This document shows, piece after piece, positions 8,153 to 17,186 of a stretch of DNA of 64,000 nucleotides. The notes beneath the pieces were generated by a model. That model was not told the origin of the DNA, made no database searches, and was given only the letters and a program-made list of their open reading frames with translations. Numbering within the stretch: position 1 is the first letter of the stretch; each line of letters opens with the position of its first letter. The stretch covers positions 64,001-128,000 of IMG/VR virus record IMGVR_UViG_3300032295_003840; one strand, 5' to 3'. The position numbers and the translations under genes were made by a program. Source of the stretch: a virus (lineage: Duplodnaviria; Caudoviricetes).

Positions 8153-8168
8153 TCAGCAAAGATGTCAA
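8140..8168 (-). promoter_or_regulatory. Perfect-consensus sigma70 promoter for uvsY-uvsW
   Basis: Minus strand TTGACA (8168-8163), 17-bp spacer, TATAAT (8145-8140), followed by a GGAG RBS and the uvsY ATG. Confidence 0.85.
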
Positions 8169-8171
8169 TGA

Positions 8172-8744
8172 TTATATAGATTCAATGGTAAACAATTTGT
8201 ATCGGAATGCCGCTATGCCTACAAAGTATTCCATGCCAGCGGTTGTGATGTCGAAGTCCAGAGCTTCGATGCTGATGGGAAACAAATCCTGAAACACCAG
8301 TTTAACTATGGGTAGATTGTCACTGTCCAAGATTAGCAGAGCAGCGTCGCTGAATACATTCTGATAATTTTCTGCATTGTATGAAGTAAATGCCGATGCT
8401 CGACGCAGAGCCTGTGCATACTGATCGCCACTGTAGGGTGTACCCAGTTGTTCGATCCAGGCAGATATTTCCTTGTAGTTGCTCATGTCTTCGTTGATCA
8501 GGAATCTAATGGTAAACTCACCATAGTTAACCTTGTCACCAGGATGTGGTATGTCAACGAAGGGAGTAACCTGCATGGCTGCACCCAGCTGTATGGCTGG
8601 TAGATTGGCGCTCTGACAAGTATAGGTTACATTGGGTGCGCGCGCAATCACAAACTTAAAGCTATTGGGTTTGAGATAGTTGGTGACTGCTGTGTTGGTA
8701 GCAGCGTTGGCTATGGCGGCGTTTAAATCTGATAGTTTACTCAT
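8172..8744 (-). CDS. gp3: Tail completion/sheath stabilizer protein
   Basis: NYL.P..FKF, CQSANLP, PGDKVNY..F.IRFLINE and F.DLFP.S motifs; downstream of gp23. Confidence 0.9.
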   Translation of the reverse strand: MSKLSDLNAAIANAATNTAVTNYLKPNSFKFVIARAPNVTYTCQSANLPAIQLGAAMQVTPFVDIPHPGDKVNYGEFTIRFLINEDMSNYKEISAWIEQLGTPYSGDQYAQALRRASAFTSYNAENYQNVFSDAALLILDSDNLPIVKLVFQDLFPISIEALDFDITTAGMEYFVGIAAFRYKLFTIESI

Positions 8745-8768
8745 GGATGACCTCTAAGGTATTTCCAT

Positions 8769-8776
8769 TATTTATC
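8769..8776 (-). promoter_or_regulatory. gp55-type late promoter for gp3
   Basis: GATAAATA immediately after the gp23 terminator, 25 bp before the gp3 ATG. Confidence 0.75.
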
Positions 8777-8780
8777 TGAT

Positions 8781-8805
8781 AAAAAAGGGGGACCTAAGTC
8801 CCCCT
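8781..8805 (-). terminator. Rho-independent terminator after the major capsid gene
   Basis: Minus strand GGGGGAC-TTAG-GTCCCCC followed by TTTTTT. Confidence 0.92.
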
Positions 8806-8836
8806 CTAAACTGCTCTCTTACCGGAGCCTCAATGA

Positions 8837-10123
8837 TTACATTAGGTTTGTAACCTTGACACGACGGTAGTAGGTGTTGCTGTTGGCGCTCAGGCTAGTG
8901 AATGGGTTGGTTACCATGCCATAGCGTGTCTTGAAGCCAATCTTGGGCTGGAAGGTGCTAGGATCGACCGCACGAACCATCTGCAGAGGAACGTATGGGC
9001 AATAGAACATACCAGCGTCATATGGGTTAGTACCCTTGTAACCAACTACATAGAATTGGTTAGCAGTATTCAGGTTAGCTGAATATGGGTCAACATAGAC
9101 ACGAATCTTACCGTTCAGAACACCAGCAAATGTATTGCCAGTATCGTCAACGTTGAGGTTGGTGCTCAGTGCTGGAGTATAGTCCAGGATACCTGCCATG
9201 CTCAGTGCACTTGCAACGTCTGCGGAGCAAACGATGAAGTTACCTTTACCACGACGTGTTTGCTGAGCAATGTTGTTGGCATCACGTTCGATTTGGAACA
9301 GCAAGCCTTTGAAGCGTTCTACGCTCCAACGACCGTTGGCATCCACATCCAGGTCAAATGTACCGTAGGTTGTGGTGGCACCAGTGTCTGCACCTGGCTT
9401 GGCAGCTGCATACATGGTACGGATAACTTCGCGGTTGATCTCGAACAGGATTTCCTGGCTCAGGATGTTGCTTAGTTCACCTTCGGCATCCAGACCGTGT
9501 ACTGCCTTCAGGTCCTGTGCGAGTTCGACGGTGTACTCAGCTTTCAGAGCACGAGTCTTGGCTGTGACAGTGGTCTTTTCGATGCTGAATGCCATCTGAC
9601 CAAATGCATAGGTGTCGCCCAACTGTTCAGCGTCGCCTGTGGCGATACCAACACCAGTGGTGTATGGGCTGTTAACTGGGTTTGTACCAGCATGTGCAGT
9701 GATGGAGCTACCTGCGAAGTCGGTGTCGGCTTCGTTGAACAGTGCTTCGGTGTTACCCTGGCTGCTGTAGTTTGACTTCATAGCGAAGATCAAACCGGTA
9801 GGACCAGTCATTGGCTGAACGCCGCAGACATCATAGGCCATGAGATTAGGCATGGCACGACGTACCAGGCTAATCAGGATTGGATCGTAACCAGCCATGT
9901 TGGCGTTAGGCGAACCATTGACCTGGCCGCTGAAACCACCGCCGATGGCGTTGGCAGGAGTGGTTTCCCACAGAGCCTGCTTCTCTTCCATCAGGGCTTT
10001 TTCCTGGTTTTCCAGCAGAGTTGCTGTTACAGCACGCTTATAGGCGTCTTTGATTTCGGGCAGAGCATCGTGGTTGATAACTGCTTCCCACTTGTTCTGG
10101 ATTTGTTCGTTTAAATTGAACAT
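8837..10123 (-). CDS. gp23: Major capsid protein
   Basis: LLENQE, YDPILISLVRR, GVQPMTGPTGLIFAM, ELAQDLKAVHGLDAE and FQPKIGFKTRYG motifs. Confidence 0.99.
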   Translation of the reverse strand: MFNLNEQIQNKWEAVINHDALPEIKDAYKRAVTATLLENQEKALMEEKQALWETTPANAIGGGFSGQVNGSPNANMAGYDPILISLVRRAMPNLMAYDVCGVQPMTGPTGLIFAMKSNYSSQGNTEALFNEADTDFAGSSITAHAGTNPVNSPYTTGVGIATGDAEQLGDTYAFGQMAFSIEKTTVTAKTRALKAEYTVELAQDLKAVHGLDAEGELSNILSQEILFEINREVIRTMYAAAKPGADTGATTTYGTFDLDVDANGRWSVERFKGLLFQIERDANNIAQQTRRGKGNFIVCSADVASALSMAGILDYTPALSTNLNVDDTGNTFAGVLNGKIRVYVDPYSANLNTANQFYVVGYKGTNPYDAGMFYCPYVPLQMVRAVDPSTFQPKIGFKTRYGMVTNPFTSLSANSNTYYRRVKVTNLM

Positions 10124-10153
10124 GTTTTTTTCTCCTAAAAGAAACTATATCGT

Positions 10154-10161
10154 TATTTATA
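10154..10161 (-). promoter_or_regulatory. Late promoter for gp23
   Basis: Exact T4 late consensus TATAAATA in the intergenic gap. Confidence 0.85.
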
Positions 10162-10166
10162 AAAAC

Positions 10167-11429
10167 TTATTTCTTGACTGATCTCGAAATGGTCTGAACG
10201 TAACGCTGAATCTGTGCTGGGATATCAGCGGCTGGCTTGTCACCATTCTGCACTGCCTCTTCCAGCATCTTTTCAGGGCTGGTAGGTGTGCCGGCTGGGA
10301 AATAATTTTCCTTGACAACCTTGACCTTCTGTGTGAACAGATCTTCGTTGTCAAATTCAACGCCTTCAAGCAATTTGCCTAGTTTTTCAGCATCAGTAGC
10401 GGTAAGTCCGCGGCTGGCGTGTTCGATGATACGATCGCGCATCACTGCATCCAATTGAGACTTGAGCTCAATGTTGGTGCTAATGGCTTCGTTGAGTTTA
10501 GCCTCGGCATCGTCGACCTTGACAGCCATGTCTTCGAGAACGTCAACCTTGTCCTCGGGTACTTCAAAGTAGTGTTCTTGGAAAAGATTTTTTAGACCAA
10601 GCATAAAGTCTTCGGCAACTTCTGTGCGCAGACCTTTTTCCACGGCAATTTCATTGTCCTGCATCCATTGTTCTACAACATAATTTAGATATGAATCAAC
10701 CTTTTCTACAAGTCCCTCTTTGATAGATTCAATTTCCTTAGCAGCCTGTTCAACAAGCTCTTCGGTAATTTTTTCGATTTCGTTGTTGACACGGCTAATT
10801 ACAGCTGCCTCGAAAATGGCGCTGGCCTGTGTCTTGAACTCTTCACTGAGATTGGTATCGGTGCTGAACACACTGGCGATATCCTTGCGCAGATCTTCCA
10901 GATTCATTTCTACCTTGCGTGGCTCGGTGTTCTGATCTTCCAGATCTTCTTCAGTGATGACTTCGTCGTCGGCATCGGCATCTTCCTTGAAGGGAATCTG
11001 ACCTTCGCCTGGATTGGTGGGCTGCTCAAAAGTACCAGTAGTGCTGGTGCCCTTGCCAGTGGCTACCTTCACAGCAGCATCACGGCTATTGCCCTGACGT
11101 GCCTGTGGCTCACTGTTGCCTTTTTTCAGACTTGAGTCTGGTGTATTGCTGTTCTGACCATGGGGATCGACCTGATTGACATCAGCGTCCTTGCTGTCGC
11201 CCTGCTTGGGATTGCTGGTTTCGCCAGCTGGCTTCTTGATACTGTCATCGCCCTTGACAATGGCCTGACCATTGTGCGGATCAATTTCAGTATACGTGGC
11301 TTTTTGGCTGTCGCCCTGCATATGAGCGTTCATGCCTTCGCCGTCGTCGCTCTTGCCAGCTGCAGCCTCGTTAAGCGCCTTGGATTTTTTAGCTTCCATG
11401 AGCTCGCGGATTTTGGTTTCTAGTGACAT
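10167..11429 (-). CDS. gp22: Prohead core scaffolding protein with long repetitive N-terminal extension
   Basis: LSEEFK..A..IFEAAV, VDSYLNYVVE.W..N..AVE.GLRTE and ENYF motifs; between gp21 and gp23. Confidence 0.93.
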   Translation of the reverse strand: MSLETKIRELMEAKKSKALNEAAAGKSDDGEGMNAHMQGDSQKATYTEIDPHNGQAIVKGDDSIKKPAGETSNPKQGDSKDADVNQVDPHGQNSNTPDSSLKKGNSEPQARQGNSRDAAVKVATGKGTSTTGTFEQPTNPGEGQIPFKEDADADDEVITEEDLEDQNTEPRKVEMNLEDLRKDIASVFSTDTNLSEEFKTQASAIFEAAVISRVNNEIEKITEELVEQAAKEIESIKEGLVEKVDSYLNYVVEQWMQDNEIAVEKGLRTEVAEDFMLGLKNLFQEHYFEVPEDKVDVLEDMAVKVDDAEAKLNEAISTNIELKSQLDAVMRDRIIEHASRGLTATDAEKLGKLLEGVEFDNEDLFTQKVKVVKENYFPAGTPTSPEKMLEEAVQNGDKPAADIPAQIQRYVQTISRSVKK

Positions 11430-11460
11430 TAGTATCTCCTAACCTAAAACGGGTTCGTAT

Positions 11461-11468
11461 TATTTATA
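11461..11468 (-). promoter_or_regulatory. Late promoter for gp22
   Basis: TATAAATA in the intergenic gap. Confidence 0.85.
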
Positions 11469-11475
11469 AAAATCT

Positions 11476-12135
11476 TTAATTCGATAGACGACGCATAAAG
11501 TCATTGAAGACCTGAATCTGCGCTTCGGCTAAATCTTTGCTGCTGGCACGGCGTATTACATTTCGAGCACGGTCAATGTCGCGCTCTACAAAACGGCCTT
11601 CAACCATGACCCACTCTTTGCCTTCCATGATGCCACGTACAAAGGCATCGGGTGCACTGGGATCGGCTACAATGTCGCCTGCAGTTGCCAGATAAAAATC
11701 GTCCTGTACTTCATTGACACCTTCTTTGTTCATAACCAGGCTACCCATGCCGCGGCTTGATACGCCCAACTGAGCACCCTCGTCGATCAAATTCTTTACA
11801 ATGCGTCCCATGGGAGTCTCGGTCATGATCTTGGCACGTCCAACATAGTTGTTGCCGTCTTCCTTGAGACTGGTGATCATGTGGCTGACTCTATCCAGGT
11901 TGATGCCTGGACCATCGGGATGTCCTAGCTCGCCAAAGGCACGCTTGGTCTCAACATATTCTTTGATGTAGCGGTTAACCTCACGCTCCATCACAGGCTT
12001 GCTATACTTGCGCCCGTTTTTATTTACTACCTCGGTCTGCAGGAATGGACCTTCGATGAAATAGGCCTTGCCGCCGTCTTCTTTTTTCTCGGTCAGATAT
12101 TTAACTGACTCTATGGTTTCAGTAATGAGTTTCAT
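11476..12135 (-). CDS. gp21: Prohead core protease
   Basis: MKLITE, NKNGRKY, GELGHP, GVSSRGMGS and DIVADPSAPDAFV motifs. Confidence 0.97.
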   Translation of the reverse strand: MKLITETIESVKYLTEKKEDGGKAYFIEGPFLQTEVVNKNGRKYSKPVMEREVNRYIKEYVETKRAFGELGHPDGPGINLDRVSHMITSLKEDGNNYVGRAKIMTETPMGRIVKNLIDEGAQLGVSSRGMGSLVMNKEGVNEVQDDFYLATAGDIVADPSAPDAFVRGIMEGKEWVMVEGRFVERDIDRARNVIRRASSKDLAEAQIQVFNDFMRRLSN

Positions 12136-12530
12136 TATACCCCCACGTTGGTTTGGGTGCTGGAGAATCCATCGCCTTTGCGCAGATCCAAAATCAGCAT
12201 ACCTGGCATGTTGAAGGTAACATCGATGCTGCTGGTGGCGCCTATGGCCAGTGCTGGAATCTGATTGGAACCAGGAAAGTCGCTGGCGCCGTGTAGATCC
12301 AGCACAACAGTACCTGAACTGCCGCGCTTAATGGTTACGCCGCTCACGGCATCACCAACATTGCAGTAGGCTGCGGCAATGGTTACAGTAAGAGCGCCGC
12401 TGGAAGTTTCTCGGCCTGCACGTAACAATTCAGTAAGAGCAATGCTGGTGGTGTCTGCAGCAGCAGTGGCAACCAGATGCAGCATTGCACGCATGTGATC
12501 GTTTTTAATTAGTGTCTTGGTTAAAGCCAT
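12135..12530 (-). CDS. Hypothetical head-region protein (beta-rich)
   Basis: 131 aa with TAATG overlaps to both neighbours, between gp67 and gp21. Confidence 0.7.
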   Translation of the reverse strand: MALTKTLIKNDHMRAMLHLVATAAADTTSIALTELLRAGRETSSGALTVTIAAAYCNVGDAVSGVTIKRGSSGTVVLDLHGASDFPGSNQIPALAIGATSSIDVTFNMPGMLILDLRKGDGFSSTQTNVGV

Positions 12531-12739
12531 TATTCTTCTCCGTCGTCTTCTAGAAGATGGTCAAAGCTTTCATTGGCTTTGATCTTCTTGGCAATCTCGT
12601 GGCCCTTCATGATGACCTTCTTGGGCAGATCTTGAACAGGGCCTTCGCCATAGCCGTACTTTTTCTTGGCAGCTGCCATGCCTATGGCATACTCGTTATA
12701 CTTGGCGGCTTCACGAATCTGCTTGAACGCTGGCATCAT
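12530..12739 (-). CDS. Small putative internal head/prohead core protein
   Basis: 69 aa with an AGGAG RBS; N-terminal FKQIRE resembles a gp21-cleaved capsid-targeting leader; Lys-rich body. Confidence 0.55.
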   Translation of the reverse strand: MMPAFKQIREAAKYNEYAIGMAAAKKKYGYGEGPVQDLPKKVIMKGHEIAKKIKANESFDHLLEDDGEE

Positions 12740-12893
12740 GTGCTCCTAGTTGTCTGGCTACTTCTTGTTTGCGTTGATCCAGAGCATCGGTAAGTTTGAT
12801 GCTGATCAGATCAGTAAAATTTTGCTGTGCCTCGACATGATTGTCGGTCTGGATGTTGTCCAGCATGTCGCGGATTAGTTGATCGTGTGTCAT
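12711..12893 (-). CDS. gp67-like prohead core protein
   Basis: 60-aa helical ORF right after the portal with a K..DALD.RK.EVA pattern. Confidence 0.7.
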   Translation of the reverse strand: MTHDQLIRDMLDNIQTDNHVEAQQNFTDLISIKLTDALDQRKQEVARQLGAHDASVQADS

Positions 12894-14527
12894 AGTCTGG
12901 CCTTTCTAAGTTCCATGATGTTATTTATGGCAGGGAAAACCGTTTCAATCACAGGGTTTTCTGGGTTATAGGGCATAGGCTGTTGCGGTTGTCCTTGTGG
13001 ACCCTGCAGTGCCTGGCCAGGTTGTTCTTGCTGAGCTGTCAGTTGTTGCTGTAGGTCAGTGTCGTTGGCTATGGCATCTTTCATTTCGTCGACTTCGTCT
13101 TCGGTAAGATGCAGGATCTTGTCATAGACATACTCACGACTAAAGTAAGTACCAACATGTGGAACTATGGTGTTCAGCAGGTCCAGACGATTACGCAGAA
13201 TTTCGCTTTCCTTGGCCTCGGCTGTGTAGCCATCTTGGGTAAACTCATAGTAGATGTCTTCCTTGATTTTATCCCATTCCTCGGCCTTCATGATGCCCTT
13301 GAGCACCAGCTGAGTCTTCAGCAAGTCGTCGAATAGCTCGGCAAACTTTTTGCGAAGTCTGCTAATAAATTTACTGAACTTGAGTTCGTCTCGGGTAATC
13401 TCGGCCTGGCGGCCAAAGTTCATGCCTGTCTCGGGCTTCATGCGGCTCAGTGGTACATTGAGCGACTGATATAATTTGTTCTGAAAATAGTTGATGTCGT
13501 TGATCTCGCCCAGATTCTGGCCGCCATCTAATGTGGTGATCTCTGTGCCTTTGCCGCCTTCACGACGTGGCATCCAGAAGTCTTCCAACATGGACATTGT
13601 TTTCTTCTCGTCACGAACTTCGCCAGTGCTGGCATCATAGGTGACCTTGTTGCGATACTGATTCATGATCGACTTGACATACTGCTCGGCCTTGACCTTG
13701 GGCAGGTTACCAACGTCGATGTAGAAAATTCTGCGCTCGGGTGCGCGTGACATGCGGTAAATCACCAGACTGTCTTCCACCATGCGCAGTTGATTAACTG
13801 TCTTGATGGCTTTGTTTAGATGACTCAGCACCATGTTGCGATCTAAATCCAGCAGTCCACTGGTGCAGTAGGTAATGCTGTCTGGGCTGATGCGCAGTCC
13901 CTGGCTCTGATTGGCAGTGCTGGGCACCGTGGCAATCAGTCCTTTTTCATTGTAGATAAAAAATTCTTCGATGTTGGTGATGAACTCAACACCGGTCTTC
14001 TGATCTTTTTGCTTGTTAATTTTGCGCACTTTTTTGATCTTACGTGGATCAATGTAGCGCAATTCCTGAATGCCCTGCTTGGCATTGGCAGTATTGACAA
14101 TCTTGTGGTAATAGATTCTGCCGTCGATGTACCAGCGTTTAAAAATGTCATGTGCCTTGCTGTTAAAGTCCAGCATCTTCAGCACATTGTCGAACTCTTC
14201 TTCGATTAAATTTTTAACGCTTTTACTAAGCTCGACCTTTTCCAGATCAATTTTAACCACTGCCTCGTCATCCTGTGCTGAGACAGCTTCATTGACAATG
14301 TCTTCAATGGCGCTGTCACAGTCAGGATAGTTACTGGCATCACGATAACGACTGATTAAATCGTTCTCGGTCTTGGCTATGACATCAATGTCAATGTAGG
14401 TGTTGTAGAAGCCACTGACGTTGACCGTGGTTGCGCCTTCGTCGTCAGTAGGAGGTACGAAGCTCTGTCTAGGAGCCTCGTCCTTTTTCTTCTGTATAGT
14501 ATAACCAAATAATGTAAGATCGGCCAT
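12890..14527 (-). CDS. gp20: Portal vertex protein
   Basis: WYIDGR, RAPERRIFYIDVGNLPK.KAEQY, LEDFWMPRREGGKGTEITTL and ITRDELKF motifs; ATG at 14527 preferred over the TTG at 14542. Confidence 0.99.
   Translation of the reverse strand: MADLTLFGYTIQKKKDEAPRQSFVPPTDDEGATTVNVSGFYNTYIDIDVIAKTENDLISRYRDASNYPDCDSAIEDIVNEAVSAQDDEAVVKIDLEKVELSKSVKNLIEEEFDNVLKMLDFNSKAHDIFKRWYIDGRIYYHKIVNTANAKQGIQELRYIDPRKIKKVRKINKQKDQKTGVEFITNIEEFFIYNEKGLIATVPSTANQSQGLRISPDSITYCTSGLLDLDRNMVLSHLNKAIKTVNQLRMVEDSLVIYRMSRAPERRIFYIDVGNLPKVKAEQYVKSIMNQYRNKVTYDASTGEVRDEKKTMSMLEDFWMPRREGGKGTEITTLDGGQNLGEINDINYFQNKLYQSLNVPLSRMKPETGMNFGRQAEITRDELKFSKFISRLRKKFAELFDDLLKTQLVLKGIMKAEEWDKIKEDIYYEFTQDGYTAEAKESEILRNRLDLLNTIVPHVGTYFSREYVYDKILHLTEDEVDEMKDAIANDTDLQQQLTAQQEQPGQALQGPQGQPQQPMPYNPENPVIETVFPAINNIMELRKARL
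12922..12929 (-). promoter_or_regulatory. Late promoter inside the portal 3' end, for the gp67-gp21 genes
   Basis: CATAAATA 29 bp before the gp67-like ATG. Confidence 0.6.
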
Positions 14528-14545
14528 GCCTTGTCCTGTCAAAAA

Positions 14546-15154
14546 TTAAATACCTAAAATACCGCGACCCCGACCAATGGTATTGTTCACGATGTTACCT
14601 ACGCTCAACGATCCGCTCAGGGCTGTGGTATAATGCTGGAACTGGAAGGTGCAGGTATAGGTTTCAATGGTGTCGTTGTCACCATAGTTCAGTGCAATCT
14701 CCGATAAGTCTACGGGGAAGGCGCTGGCCAGGGTGTAGATCTTCAGAGGATTGTTGTTGCGATCCAGCTGGGTTACTGAAATGTTGACCTGATATTCACG
14801 TGGATTGGTGATACCGTTGTTGTTGACTAGTCCGTTCATGCCGTTCATCCAGGCTTCTAAACTGTTGCGAATGTTGAAGCTGACGTCGTTCATGATGGTT
14901 ACTGTCCAGGGAGCAAAAGTTCGCTCGCCGGCAAATTTGACCTCACGGCCACGATACTGAACAATGGTTGGGTTGACTACGCTGCCTGGTAAGCTGGTTG
15001 CGCTGCACAGGAACGCTGCCTGTGGTGTTGCAGCGCCGCCAGTGGGAACATAACCAGGAAAGTTCAGAGCCACGAAAAACTGATTGGCGCGTGCACCGCC
15101 ACCAATCATCGCGGCCTTGAACTGATCAACGTTAAAAATTGATCTTTCTGCCAT
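14546..15154 (-). CDS. gp19: Tail tube protein
   Basis: GGARANQF, YRGR.VK.AGERTF..WTVT.MND and QLDR motifs. Confidence 0.96.
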   Translation of the reverse strand: MAERSIFNVDQFKAAMIGGGARANQFFVALNFPGYVPTGGAATPQAAFLCSATSLPGSVVNPTIVQYRGREVKFAGERTFAPWTVTIMNDVSFNIRNSLEAWMNGMNGLVNNNGITNPREYQVNISVTQLDRNNNPLKIYTLASAFPVDLSEIALNYGDNDTIETYTCTFQFQHYTTALSGSLSVGNIVNNTIGRGRGILGI

Positions 15155-15179
15155 TTTTTATTCTCCTGTTAAAAACCTA

Positions 15180-17111
15180 TTAAGCGCCAACTTCTTCGAA
15201 ACTTACGCTGCTGCGTGTTGCCACGAAGTTCAGGGTAATGAAGTTGATGCTCTTGTTGGGCTTGATGTAAATGTCGGCTACAAATTCGTTGCGGTCAACG
15301 ACTTCGCCAGTGTTGTTGGTCTCATCGCAGACAACACGGAAGTCAGTGATACCACGACGGCCCTGTACGTCACGCAGGAATGGCTCAACCAGACTGACAA
15401 ACTGTGCACGAGTGAATCCATCGTTGAATTCAAACAGCTGGAACTTGGCAGCGGTTGCAATGGCTTTTTCCAGGACAATGAACAGTCTACGTACATTGAT
15501 GCGATCAAATGCGCTGGGCTTCTGTGTGCAGGTCTTGTCGCCGAACAGCACTGTGCCCAGACCAGGCTGTGTTACCACAGGGTTGATCTGATTGCGATAC
15601 AGGTTGTCACGGTCGGTCTTGTTGGGACTCCAGTTTAGCTTGACCAGGTTCTTGACCTGACCGCGTGTATAACCGCCAGGGCTATACCAGGGTTCAGTGG
15701 TCTCGTCGGTACGAACGCAAACACCAGCAGTGTCGGCAGCCAAGGGTACATAGCGGTACACATCATTGTAGCGATCGTACTGATATTTCCAGCCGCTGTC
15801 CATGACAGCAAATGTTGAGTCTTTGTTGAAATTGGCGAGACGATCATTGACAACCGCAGTAGCTGTCAGCAGATTGGCCGAGGTTGGACTGGTGAATACC
15901 AGGCAATCACGACGCACTTCGGCTACATTGTCAACAACATAGCGTGCAGTAGCATTGTCAGCACTGACACCAACCACAGGAATTAGACTTACGTCAAACA
16001 ATTCGGCATTGGCCAGCTTGGCATATTCGGCCTGCAGCAAACCATCGGTGGGTGTGCTGGCAACGCCGCCGCTGAAGCTGCGAGTCTGAACCTGGCTCAT
16101 TAGATTGAAGCCTGTGCCGTCGGTGGGGATGACACTTTCCCAGGTCACACTGTTGGCTGCGCTGCTGGTGGTCAGTGCAGTCTTGCTACCGTAGCGAATC
16201 CAGGCACTGCCCAGATTGATGTAGTTGCGATAGTATAGGTTAGTGCCATCGGTGCTGCGTGCATCGGTGCCCTTGCTCAGACCCTGATGCTTTTCCAGTA
16301 TGGTTCCTGCAGTACCAGTAATACCACCGTCTTCGTCAACAACTATGACATGAAGTTCGTCATAGATTGTGGCAGTGGCTGCGGTTACGCCGGCCTTCTC
16401 CAGAGCGAAGCGGGTATGTGTTGGGCGGCTTTCAACTTCTTGCCAGAATTCCCAGAGCATGGTAGCACTGGTTGTGCTGGCTTCGGTGATGGCGTTGTTG
16501 ACAAATGCAACAGTGGTTGCGCCGCTGGCTGCGTCAGCAGTAAGTTTAAAGCGATAGGCTACGCCACTGTAGATGACTTCTAACCAGCTGCCCTTGGGTG
16601 CTGGACGAGTCAGTGCCGACACAACTGCACCTGTGGTGTAGATTGTGCTGATTGCGCTGAGCTGTACAGTGAACTGATAGCTGTTGTAATCGCAGACGCT
16701 GACCTTGAGATTGTCACCCAGGGTGCCTGCGAAACGAGCCACATATTCGGTGCCAGTCAGGGTTGGTGCTGTATAGCCACGATCACCATTGTAGTGATCA
16801 TCATTGTCAATGCGAACTGCTGAACCCAGAGCAACGCTGTTGCGTGCTGAGTCGCTGATAATACGGTTAACCTGCAGGTTGTTGCCGTAGCTCAGGAAGT
16901 TGGCTGCAGTAAACCAGTATTTAAAGTTGTTGTCGTCGGGACGGCCAAATACTTCGTACAGCGTTTTTTCGCTGTCAACTGTGACGAATTCCTTGGCAGG
17001 GCCCCAGTTAAAGTGTCCCACGAAGGCGCCAGCTGTGGTGGCAACCTGGGGAACAAATAGGCTAACGTCGCGCTCTTGAACTAATACGTTAGGCGAAACT
17101 TGAAAAGGCAT
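15180..17111 (-). CDS. gp18: Contractile tail sheath protein
   Basis: FQVSP.V.V.E.D, WGP, YDRYND, LFGDKT, SAFDRINVRRLF and IKP.KSINFI.LNF motifs. Confidence 0.98.
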   Translation of the reverse strand: MPFQVSPNVLVQERDVSLFVPQVATTAGAFVGHFNWGPAKEFVTVDSEKTLYEVFGRPDDNNFKYWFTAANFLSYGNNLQVNRIISDSARNSVALGSAVRIDNDDHYNGDRGYTAPTLTGTEYVARFAGTLGDNLKVSVCDYNSYQFTVQLSAISTIYTTGAVVSALTRPAPKGSWLEVIYSGVAYRFKLTADAASGATTVAFVNNAITEASTTSATMLWEFWQEVESRPTHTRFALEKAGVTAATATIYDELHVIVVDEDGGITGTAGTILEKHQGLSKGTDARSTDGTNLYYRNYINLGSAWIRYGSKTALTTSSAANSVTWESVIPTDGTGFNLMSQVQTRSFSGGVASTPTDGLLQAEYAKLANAELFDVSLIPVVGVSADNATARYVVDNVAEVRRDCLVFTSPTSANLLTATAVVNDRLANFNKDSTFAVMDSGWKYQYDRYNDVYRYVPLAADTAGVCVRTDETTEPWYSPGGYTRGQVKNLVKLNWSPNKTDRDNLYRNQINPVVTQPGLGTVLFGDKTCTQKPSAFDRINVRRLFIVLEKAIATAAKFQLFEFNDGFTRAQFVSLVEPFLRDVQGRRGITDFRVVCDETNNTGEVVDRNEFVADIYIKPNKSINFITLNFVATRSSVSFEEVGA

Positions 17112-17167
17112 GGTATTCTCCTTGGATATAAACCTTCAACGTCGAACCAAAAATTCGGGATCACCTT

Positions 17168-17175
17168 TATTTATA
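17168..17175 (-). promoter_or_regulatory. Late promoter for gp18-gp19-gp20
   Basis: TATAAATA in the intergenic gap upstream of gp18. Confidence 0.85.
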
Positions 17176-17186
17176 ATTATCTGTAT

